Source: an uncultured delta proteobacterium
GTDB lineage: Bacteria; Myxococcota_A; Polyangia; Polyangiales; Polyangiaceae
Assembly: GCA_963841435.1 (NCBI GenBank)
Contig: CAWJCS010000005.1
Location: forward strand, 1,536,001 to 1,600,000
DNA: 64,000 bases
Direction: 5' to 3'
The translations under genes were made by a program, and so were the position numbers. Shown here in pieces: positions 18,845 through 26,894 of this stretch (the first letter of the stretch is position 1; each line of letters starts with the position of its first letter). The notes under the pieces were generated by a model that did not search any database, was not told the origin of the DNA, and was given only the letters and a program-made list of their open reading frames with translations.

Positions 18845-19912
18845 ATGGCGCTCGACCCCTACCCTTGGGACGCCCTTCCTCGCGTGCCGAAGAGCGCCCT
18901 GCCCGGGCTCGGTCGAGCCCGCGCGAGCTGGATGGCGGCGTTCGATCCCGGCGGGCTCGCGGCCGCGCTCTCGAGCCTCCTCGAGACGCCGGTCGTGCTC
19001 AACGTCAACGGGTTCGACCTCGGCCCGCCCGAACGACGTTACCCGGAGGTGACGCTGCGGGCCGGCGCGGCGTGGGTCACCCTCGGGCTCGAGCCCGATC
19101 TGGTGCAAGCCATGCTGATGCGCGTGCTCGGGCGTCCGTTCGCGCTCGGCGTTTCATCGAGCACGCTTTCGCCCGCTGTCGCCGGCGCGCTCGCGGCACT
19201 CTCGGTCGAGGTCGCGCGGCGGGTCTCGGCGCTGCCCGTCGCGCTCGAATCCGCGCCAGCCGGCGAGACGGCACTCCGCGTGGGAGCGACACTGACGCTC
19301 GAGGGTCGCCCGTACGCCGGCTACGCTCTCGTCGGCGCGCCGCTCATTGCCCCCGAGGGACCCGCCCCGAACCTCGCGGACCTCGGGGATATCGCGTTGC
19401 CCGTCCCGCTCGTGGTCATGACGTCGCTCGTCACGCGGGCGGAGCTCGAGCTCTTGGTGCCCGGCGCGGCGTTCCTGCCGAGCGAAAGTTGGGTCGACGC
19501 GGGTGGCGTCGGGCGCGGGGTCTTGATCGGCGCCCGGAGCGAGCGCGGGGTCTGGGTGGAGCTGCCTGCCGACGGCAGGATCGTGCTAGGTGACGGGACG
19601 GCGGAGCTCCCTTTCGACGCGGGGAGCGACAAGGACATGACGGCGGACTCCGACGACGTGAACGAGACGCTCACCGAGGCCGCGCTCGAGGCCCCGGTGG
19701 TGGTGCGAGTCGAGCTCGGCGTCGTCAGCTTGTCCGCCCGAAAGTGGGCCGAGCTCCGCCCGGGCGACGTGCTCGAGACAGGGCAACCCCTCGGCGCTCC
19801 CGTGCTGCTACGCATCGCAGGGCGCGCGGTCGCCCGGGGAGAGCTCGTCGCCATCGACGGCGAGGTCGGCGTCCGCATCCGCGAGCTGTTCGGCCAGGCG
19901 AGCGAGCGGTGA
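18845..19912 (+). CDS. SctQ/FliM-FliN family (SpoA-domain) type III secretion C-ring-like protein
   Basis: C-terminal PVVVRVELG...L.PGDVL......V.L...GR.VARGELVAIDGEVGVRI, plus an upstream degenerate SpoA copy (LPVPLVV...LELLVPG). Confidence 0.85.
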   Translation: MALDPYPWDALPRVPKSALPGLGRARASWMAAFDPGGLAAALSSLLETPVVLNVNGFDLGPPERRYPEVTLRAGAAWVTLGLEPDLVQAMLMRVLGRPFALGVSSSTLSPAVAGALAALSVEVARRVSALPVALESAPAGETALRVGATLTLEGRPYAGYALVGAPLIAPEGPAPNLADLGDIALPVPLVVMTSLVTRAELELLVPGAAFLPSESWVDAGGVGRGVLIGARSERGVWVELPADGRIVLGDGTAELPFDAGSDKDMTADSDDVNETLTEAALEAPVVVRVELGVVSLSARKWAELRPGDVLETGQPLGAPVLLRIAGRAVARGELVAIDGEVGVRIRELFGQASER

Positions 19913-19943
19913 CCACCTCGGGGCGGCCGGGCGGGGCTTCGCG

Positions 19944-20679
19944 GTGAGCGCCGACGGCATCGCTGAACGCCTCGAACGTGTGCGCGAGCGCGTCGAACGC
20001 AGCGGCGGCGCGCGCCGGACGACCCGGCGGCGTGCTTTTGGTTGCGGTTTCCAAGGGGCAGCCGGCGGTCGCGCTGCGGGTGGCACACGCCGCAGGGCAG
20101 CGTCACTTCGGCGAGAACTACGTGCAGGAGCTCGTCGAGAAGGCGGGCGTCCTCGCCGATCTCGACGGCATTCGCTTCCATTTCATCGGTCACCTACAGC
20201 GCAACAAGGCGCGCCACGTCGTGCGCGTCGCTCAGGCCATGCACAGCGTCAACTCGATCGCGCTCGCAAAGGAGCTTGGACACCGCGCGGGAGGCACCGA
20301 CATCCCCGAAGCGCGCCGCGCCTTCGGAGGCGACGGGCGTTTGCCCGTGCTCGCCGAGGTGAGCATCGCGGGGGAAGCGCAAAAGAGCGGCGTTTCACCA
20401 GAGCGTCTCGGCGAGTTGCTCGAAGCCGTGGAGCGGCAGCCGGGCCTGCGCCTCACGGGTCTCATGGCAGTCCCACCGCTCGCCACCGAGCCGGACGCCG
20501 CGACACCCCATTTCGAAGCGCTTGCTCGGCTGCGCGAAGAGCACGGCGGAGCCGCGCGGCTGCCCGAGCTCAGCATGGGCATGACCGCCGACTTCGAGCA
20601 GGCCGTGGGAGCGGGTGCAACGGTGGTACGGATCGGAAGCGCGATCTTCGGACCGCGCCCCGGGCGCCGGGAGGCGTGA
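19944..20679 (+). CDS. yggS: YggS/PLPBP pyridoxal-phosphate homeostasis protein; apparent +1 frameshift near 20000
   Basis: The N-terminus IAERLERVRERVE is in frame 19944. LVAVSK, FGENYVQE, HFIGHLQRNK, LSMGMT.DF and VRIGSAIFG are in frame 19978. Confidence 0.92.
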
Positions 20680-22049
20680 TGTCCCGCGCACGCGGACGCA
20701 AGCCGGGCGACGCGGGACCGACCTTGCTGGAGCGGGCGGCCGAGCGCGGGGCCTTCGGCGGTCCACAGGCTCCGCTCGCGGATCGCATGCGGCCGCGCAC
20801 GCTCGACGAGATCGTGGGCCAACGAGCGCTGCTCGCGCGCGGCAAGCCGCTACGCGAGGCGATCGAAGGCGATCGCATGCCGTCGTTCTTGCTCTGGGGG
20901 CCACCCGGCTCCGGCAAGACGACGCTCGCGAGCGTCATTGCCAAAACGACGCGCACGGAGTTCGTCCCCTTTTCGGCCGTTCTCGCGGGGATTCCGGAGC
21001 TGCGCGAAATCATTCGCGAGGCGCGCGAGCGCCGATCCTATCAGGGTCGCGGCACGACGCTTTTCGTCGACGAAATCCACCGCTTCAACAAGGGCCAGCA
21101 GGACGCCTTCCTGCCGCACCTCGAAAGCGGAACGATCGTGCTCGTTGGTGCGACGACCGAGAATCCGTCGTTCGCCGTCAATGCGGCGCTGCTCTCGCGC
21201 TGCCGCGTCTTTCGGCTCGAAGCGCTCGGCGAGGCCGATCTCGTCACCTTGCTCGAGCGCGCCATCGAGGATACCGAGCGCGGGCTCGGTGAGCAAAAGC
21301 TCGAGGCCGACGCGGAGGCGCTTTCTCTCGTGGCTCGGGCCGCGCGGGGCGACGGGCGGCGCGCGCTCGGTCTGCTCGAAGTGGCCGCTGATCTCGCCGG
21401 ACCGGGGGGCCGCGTCGACCTCGCGCTCGTCGAGCGAGCCGGTGAGCACCGCACGCTGCTCTACGACAAGGCCGGTGAGGAGCACTACAACGTCACGAGC
21501 GCGCTCATCAAATCGCTGAGGGGAAGCGATCCCGACGCCGCGCTTTACTGGCTTTTTCGCATGCTCGACGCAGGGGACGACCCGCTCTTTCTGCTGCGCC
21601 GTCTCATGATCTTCGCGAGCGAAGACGTCGGCAACGCGGATCCGCGCGCGTTGTCCGTCGCCGTCGACGCCGACGCTGCGTTTCGCCGCATGGGCATGCC
21701 CGAGGGCGCGTTTCCCCTCGCGCACGCCTGCCTCTACCTGGCGAGCTGCCCGAAATCGAACGCCGTGAAGAGCGCCATGTCGGCCGTGCGTGCCAGCATC
21801 GACGAGCGCGGCGCGCTCCCCGTGCCGAAGAAACTGCGCAACGCCGTCACGCGCCTGATGCGGGAAGAGGGTTACGCCGACGGCTACCGCTATCCGCCGG
21901 ATCACGCGGGCAGCTTCGTGCCCGGCGAGACTTACCTTCCCGACGAGCTCGTCGGCCGACGTTTCTACGATCCGACGGATCAAGGGCTCGAGAAAGCGAT
22001 CGGCGAGCGCCTCGGGCGCTTGCGGCACAAAAAGCCAGAAGAGAGCTAG
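20679..22049 (+). CDS. rarA: Replication-associated recombination protein A (RarA/MgsA AAA+ ATPase)
   Basis: PLADRMRP, GPPGSGKTT, DEIHRFNK.QQD, GATTENPSF, KSLRGSDPDAA and ASEDVGNADP; ATG overlaps the yggS TGA. Confidence 0.96.
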   Translation: MSRARGRKPGDAGPTLLERAAERGAFGGPQAPLADRMRPRTLDEIVGQRALLARGKPLREAIEGDRMPSFLLWGPPGSGKTTLASVIAKTTRTEFVPFSAVLAGIPELREIIREARERRSYQGRGTTLFVDEIHRFNKGQQDAFLPHLESGTIVLVGATTENPSFAVNAALLSRCRVFRLEALGEADLVTLLERAIEDTERGLGEQKLEADAEALSLVARAARGDGRRALGLLEVAADLAGPGGRVDLALVERAGEHRTLLYDKAGEEHYNVTSALIKSLRGSDPDAALYWLFRMLDAGDDPLFLLRRLMIFASEDVGNADPRALSVAVDADAAFRRMGMPEGAFPLAHACLYLASCPKSNAVKSAMSAVRASIDERGALPVPKKLRNAVTRLMREEGYADGYRYPPDHAGSFVPGETYLPDELVGRRFYDPTDQGLEKAIGERLGRLRHKKPEES

Positions 22050-22107
22050 CTCGCGCGGACCTGCCGCGCAGGATCACGCGCGGCCAGGCTCGGGGTAGAG
22101 TCGGGCC

Positions 22108-23445
22108 ATGCGCGCCCTCGCAGGGCTCCTCTTCGTGATCGTGGTGTCGGGCGGGTGCGGAGAGCGCCGCGAGGCGTCCGCTCCGCCGCCGAGAAGCCCA
22201 GCCGTCTGCGAGGACGAGAAGCGGGCGCTCCTTTTCGTCGTGGCGGCGCTCCCCGACCACGCGCTTTCCGTGGAACGGCTCGGCCCGCTTCCCGAGTCCA
22301 CGCTGGGAGCGGCCCCGCTCGCGGGACCGGTGCTCGTCGTGAGCGAGCGTGCGCTGTCGCTCGACGGGGAGACGGTCACGCCCGCGACGATCGGAGAGCG
22401 CCTCGGAACCCGCTCGGCGCCCAAGACGCTCTACGTCGCCGCGGAGCCGGCGACCACCATCGGACGCATTCGTGCCGCAGTCGCGTCGGTCCCGAAGGGT
22501 GTCGAGCTCTCGTTGCTCGTCCGTGCGCACGACGACCAGGCGAGCCATCCTGCGAACACCACGCCGGAGCGCGCGAAACCGCTCGTCGAGGGCGTGCTCG
22601 CCGAGCGCGACGAAGCGGCGCGGGACGAGCTCCTCAGGCGCGGTTACGAAGAGCTCGCGAGCTGCCAAGCGCTGTCCACGGCCGTCGCACGCGCCGATGC
22701 CGCGCCCGCGGACAAGCGTTGGGCCATCCGACGCAGCGCCGCCCTCGAGGCGCTACCCGGCTGCCCCTGCGACACCCTGCAGTCTCCGGAGCTTGGCGCC
22801 CTGTTCGCGGCCGAGCAACGCGCAGGAACTGCCACCCTCGCCGCGATTCCATTTTCGTTCGTTCGAGACCAGCGCTGCGGCGCGAGCATGCCGTTGCGTT
22901 CGGTCGCTCGACTGCTCGAGCAGATCGAGCGTTTCGATGCCGACTACGCCGGCACCTGGCAGGACGACGCCCTGCGCTTCGACGCCGTAGTGACGAACGA
23001 CCGGCTGCTCGTGCAGTTCTGCGACGCGCTGCCGGGCGAGACGCTGGCGGCGCTCGCACGTGCCAAGGCGACGCTCTACTTTCGCGCGTCCGGCAGCGAC
23101 GCTTGCCAAGGCTTTCACTTCGAGCCGCTCTCCCCCGGCGCCCCGATGGGCACCTGGCGGCGCACGGCCCACGCCGGTCCTCTGCTCGCGTTTCACTACT
23201 GGCAAGCAGCCGAGGAGATCAGCGTGTTCGGTCCGCTCGTCGCGGGAACGCCCAGCAAGCCCACCGACGAGCACGAATGGCCCTGCCGAACGACATTGCA
23301 CCTCGTCGGAATCGACGGTGACTCGATCGAGACCGACGCCGGGCGGCTGTTTTTCGAGGAACGCACCTGTCGAGCCGCGCCCCCGAGCGCGAGCGCGGCT
23401 CCCACCGCGTGCTTCGCGTCCCTCGGCACGGGTGACGCGCCATGA
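22108..23445 (+). CDS. Hypothetical Cys-rich lipoprotein with an ExbD-like segment
   Basis: Lipobox SGGC; LVVSERALSLDGETV...LYVAAEPATTIGRI resembles the ExbD/TolR periplasmic domain; TAGAGT 6 nt before the ATG. Confidence 0.6.
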   Translation: MRALAGLLFVIVVSGGCGERREASAPPPRSPAVCEDEKRALLFVVAALPDHALSVERLGPLPESTLGAAPLAGPVLVVSERALSLDGETVTPATIGERLGTRSAPKTLYVAAEPATTIGRIRAAVASVPKGVELSLLVRAHDDQASHPANTTPERAKPLVEGVLAERDEAARDELLRRGYEELASCQALSTAVARADAAPADKRWAIRRSAALEALPGCPCDTLQSPELGALFAAEQRAGTATLAAIPFSFVRDQRCGASMPLRSVARLLEQIERFDADYAGTWQDDALRFDAVVTNDRLLVQFCDALPGETLAALARAKATLYFRASGSDACQGFHFEPLSPGAPMGTWRRTAHAGPLLAFHYWQAAEEISVFGPLVAGTPSKPTDEHEWPCRTTLHLVGIDGDSIETDAGRLFFEERTCRAAPPSASAAPTACFASLGTGDAP

Positions 23446-23760
23446 GCCATCGCGCGGCGGCGAGGGCCCGAGGGTTCGCCCGGTCGCATTGATCACTCAC
23501 GGCAGAGCACCTCGTGGTTGGCGCACCTACCCGCGACGGGCGGGAGCCGCGCTCGGCAGCTGCCTGCTCGGCGTGGCGCGCTCGACACAATTCGGCGCGC
23601 AGCCCGAGCCGCTGAGCTTCGCGATTCCGATCGCCACGCGCGTCGTCCGGCGCTAACCGGGCCCGAGCGCTCTCTCTCGCCCGGACGCCGCAGCCCCTCC
23701 CGGCCGGCCGATGACGGCAACTCGAGGGCGAGCCCTGGCGACGCGCCGGGGCAGGCCGGG

Positions 23761-24267
23761 TCAGCGCGTCGTGAGCGGCCCCAAGAAGTCGAGCTTGCCG
23801 AGCTCGACGCCGTTGTGGCGCAAGATCGCGTAGGCCGTCGTGAGGTGAAAATAGAAGTTTGGTAGCTGCATCTCGAAGAGGTAGTCCCAGCCGGAGATGT
23901 GCTTGCCGTGGAGGGGCGGCGGCGCGATGAGCCGCGTCTCGGCGCCGGTGAAGTCCTCGGGCTTGAGGGTGTCGAGGTATTCGAGCACCGAGGTGATGCG
24001 TGCGCGAACCTCGTCGACCGTCCTCTCGCTGTCCGGGTGGCGGGGCGCTTCCTTGGCGGCGAGGCGCGCGCTCGTAAACTTCGCCGTGTCGCACGCGGCA
24101 CCGCACTGCTGGACGAGCGCGAACTGGTCGGGGGCGAGGCGCGCCGACATCAGGATCTCGGGATCGAATCGCTTCCGATCGGCGTGGGCGACGGCTAGAT
24201 CGATCCAACGCTCCAGGTTTCGGAGCTTTTTCCTGAATTCGGCTACAGACGCTCGGTAAAGATCCAT
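23761..24267 (-). CDS. DUF1993 family (DinB-like) protein
   Basis: ARLAPDQF.L..Q and LPNFYFHLTTAYAILRHNGVELGKLDFLG. Confidence 0.92.
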   Translation of the reverse strand: MDLYRASVAEFRKKLRNLERWIDLAVAHADRKRFDPEILMSARLAPDQFALVQQCGAACDTAKFTSARLAAKEAPRHPDSERTVDEVRARITSVLEYLDTLKPEDFTGAETRLIAPPPLHGKHISGWDYLFEMQLPNFYFHLTTAYAILRHNGVELGKLDFLGPLTTR

Positions 24268-24349
24268 GGATCGGGTCTGCCGTCGTCTGCTTACCGCCGA
24301 CGGCACACCACGGCCAGTGCCCAGCCGGGCAAGGGGGCTACACTCGGCC

Positions 24350-24541
24350 ATGGCCTTGTTCACGGGTGGTGCCATCGGCACCTTGATCCGCCTGCGCTGT
24401 CCGCGCTGCCGGACGGTTCAGGCCCGCGCCCGCAAGCCGGGGGGCAAGAAGGTGGTGTACCGATGCAGCACCTGCCATGCGCCGTTCTCGCGCGAGCAGG
24501 GCGAAGCCGCTGCACGCCCCAAAGCAGGGGGCCGGCGCTGA
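24350..24541 (+). CDS. 63-aa zinc-ribbon protein (CPRC...CSTC)
   Basis: MALFTGGAIGTLIRLRCPRCRTVQARARKPGGKKVVYRCSTCHAPF...; TACACT 5 nt before the ATG. Confidence 0.65.
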   Translation: MALFTGGAIGTLIRLRCPRCRTVQARARKPGGKKVVYRCSTCHAPFSREQGEAAARPKAGGRR

Positions 24542-24557
24542 GGCGCCATGGGCAACC

Positions 24558-26258
24558 GTGCACTCGTTCGAGCTCGTCTCTCTGCTCGCCGGAGGTCTCG
24601 CCGCGGCGCTCCTGCTCGGGCTCGTGGCGCACCGGCTGCGCCTGCCTCCAATCGTCGGCTACCTGGTCGCCGGCGTGCTCGTCGGCCCGCACACGCCCGG
24701 CTTCGTCGCCAACGACGGCCTCGCACGCCAGCTCTCGGAGGTCGGCGTCATCCTGCTGCTCTTCGGCGTGGGCCTCGAATTCCACCCGGAGAAGCTCGTC
24801 GCCGTGGGCCGCGTGGCCGTGCCCGCCGCCATCGGTCAGCTCGTGCTCGTGACGGCCGCTGCAGCATTGACGCTGCGCGGGTTCGGCTTCGCCCCCACGG
24901 GCGCCGTCGTGATGGGGATTGCGCTCTCGGTGTCGAGCACGGTCGTCGTGACACGCATGCTGGCCGAACGCCGCGAGCTGCATACTTCGACGGGGCACCT
25001 CGCCGTCGGGTGGTTGCTGACGGAGGATCTGGTCACGGTGCTCGTGCTCGTGCTGCTCCCGGGTCTCGTGGGGGCGCATGCGGGGGCCCGGGACGTTCTC
25101 TGGCTAGCAGGTGTTTCGCTCCTCAAGCTCGGCGCTCTCATCGGCTTCACGCTGCTCGCCGGGGGCCGCTTGATCCCGTGGCTGCTCGCGCGCGTCGCTG
25201 CCACGCGCTCGCGTGAGCTCTTCACGCTCTCGGTCCTCGCGCTGGCGCTCGGCATCGGCGTCGCCGCCGCGGAGCTCTTCGGCGCCTCGATGGCACTCGG
25301 CGCCTTTCTCGCGGGTCTCGTCGTGGGGCGCTCCGAATTCGCGTTCCGCGCGGCCACCGAGGCGCTCCCCATGCGCGACGCATTCGCCGTGCTGTTCTTC
25401 GTGTCGGTGGGCATGCTCTTCGATCCGGCCTTCTTGCTCGAACGCCCCGGGCTGGTCCTCGCAGCGCTCGGGTTCGTGATCGTGGTAAAGCCCCTCGTCG
25501 CTGCGATCTGTCTGCGCGCGCTAGGCCGCCCCGCACGCTCGGCGCTGACCGTCGGCGTGGGCCGCGGACAGATCGGCGAATTTTCCTTCATCCTAGGCGG
25601 CCTCGGCAGCGAGCTCGGCGTGCTGCCCGCCGCCGCCGGCAACGCCCTCGTGGCCACGGCGATTCTCTCCATCACGCTCAATCCTCTGCTGTTCAAGCTC
25701 GCGCCACGCGCCGAAGCGCTGCTGCCGGGGCCGCCGGTAGGGACGGACGAGGCGTCCGTCGCGCGCCGCAGCGCCGAAAAGCGGCACCGAGCGGTCATCA
25801 TCGGCTACGGCCCCGTGGGGCGCGCCGTGTCGCGCCTACTCGCCGACAGCGGCATCGAACCGACGGTCGTCGAGCTCAACCTCGACACCGTGCGCGCGCT
25901 TCGCGAGCGGGGGCAGCCCGCCGTGTACGGCGACGCCAGTCGCCGCGAAACGCTCGAGGAAGCTGGCCTACACGGCGCGATCGCGCTCGTTTTGAGCGCT
26001 CCGCTCGAGGGCGGCGCCGAGGGCATCGTGCGCCAAGCGCGCGACATCAACCCCGCCGTCTACGTGATCGCGCGAGCCGGATTCCTCGCCGAAGTGCCCG
26101 GGCTCAAGCGCGCCGGCGCCGATGCCGCATGCTCGGGTGAAGGGGAAATCGCTCTCGCGATGACCGAGCTCGTGCTCACGCGCCTTGGCGCGACGCCCGA
26201 GCAGATCGATCGCGAGCGCGCGCGCGTCCACGGGGATCTCGGCGGAGCGACGAGCTGA
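24558..26258 (+). CDS. CPA2 cation:proton antiporter with TrkA-N (KTN) domain (YbaL/RosB-like)
   Basis: LPPIVGYL.AG..GPHTPG, LSVSSTVV, EDL, ALGAFLAG, QIGEFSFI and a C-terminal IIGYGPVG Rossmann motif. Confidence 0.93.
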   Translation: MHSFELVSLLAGGLAAALLLGLVAHRLRLPPIVGYLVAGVLVGPHTPGFVANDGLARQLSEVGVILLLFGVGLEFHPEKLVAVGRVAVPAAIGQLVLVTAAAALTLRGFGFAPTGAVVMGIALSVSSTVVVTRMLAERRELHTSTGHLAVGWLLTEDLVTVLVLVLLPGLVGAHAGARDVLWLAGVSLLKLGALIGFTLLAGGRLIPWLLARVAATRSRELFTLSVLALALGIGVAAAELFGASMALGAFLAGLVVGRSEFAFRAATEALPMRDAFAVLFFVSVGMLFDPAFLLERPGLVLAALGFVIVVKPLVAAICLRALGRPARSALTVGVGRGQIGEFSFILGGLGSELGVLPAAAGNALVATAILSITLNPLLFKLAPRAEALLPGPPVGTDEASVARRSAEKRHRAVIIGYGPVGRAVSRLLADSGIEPTVVELNLDTVRALRERGQPAVYGDASRRETLEEAGLHGAIALVLSAPLEGGAEGIVRQARDINPAVYVIARAGFLAEVPGLKRAGADAACSGEGEIALAMTELVLTRLGATPEQIDRERARVHGDLGGATS

Positions 26259-26293
26259 GCCGACGGGCGCGAGGGAGGCGCCGCGGGAACGGG

Positions 26294-26839
26294 CTACACG
26301 CCTCCCGCGGTGAGCTCGCACAGCGCCGGCAGGTTGCGGTACTGCTGCGCACAGTCGAGGCCGTAGCCGACGATGAACGCGTCGCCGACGACGAAGCCGA
26401 CGTAGTCCACCGGTACCTCGACCTTGCGGCGCGAAGGCTTGTCGAGCAGCGCGCAAACCCGAACGCTGCGGGCGTTGCGCGCCTTGAGCAGGTTCAGGAT
26501 GTACGCGAGTGTTAGACCGGTATCGACGATGTCTTCCACCACGAGCAGGTCCTCGCCTTCGATCGGGTGGGCGAGGTCCTGGATGATCCGCACGGCGCCC
26601 GTCGAGGTCGTCCCACTTCCGTAGCTTTGCACGCCGAGAAACTCGACGCGCACGGGCAGGGGCACCGAACGCACGAGATCCGCCGCGAACACGAAGCTTC
26701 CCTTGAGCACCGGCACGACGACGGGCGCTTGCTCGCCGTAGTCTCGCGCAATCGTCGCACCGAGCTCACCGACGCGCGCCGCGATTTGCGCTGCGGTGTA
26801 CAGCACGCGGACAGCGCTCGGCAGGGGGAACTCCGGCAT
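26294..26839 (-). CDS. hpt: Hypoxanthine phosphoribosyltransferase
   Basis: VLKGS..F.ADL, SYG, VVEDIVDTGLTL, LLDKP and FIVGYGLD..YRNL. Confidence 0.97.
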   Translation of the reverse strand: MPEFPLPSAVRVLYTAAQIAARVGELGATIARDYGEQAPVVVPVLKGSFVFAADLVRSVPLPVRVEFLGVQSYGSGTTSTGAVRIIQDLAHPIEGEDLLVVEDIVDTGLTLAYILNLLKARNARSVRVCALLDKPSRRKVEVPVDYVGFVVGDAFIVGYGLDCAQQYRNLPALCELTAGGV

Positions 26840-26894
26840 CGATCGCCACGATTAGCGGGCTCGATGTCGCGGGTCAACCGCTGCCCGCACCGCT

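Noticed and set aside
19944-22049. 701-aa ORF suggesting an N-terminally extended RarA fusion
   Set aside because: Product of the yggS +1 frameshift; RarA has its own ATG at 20679 overlapping the yggS stop.
23446-23760. Possible 55-aa ORF (TTG 23489-23656) or ncRNA in the gap between convergent genes
   Set aside because: No RBS, weak codon bias and no recognisable motif or convincing structure.
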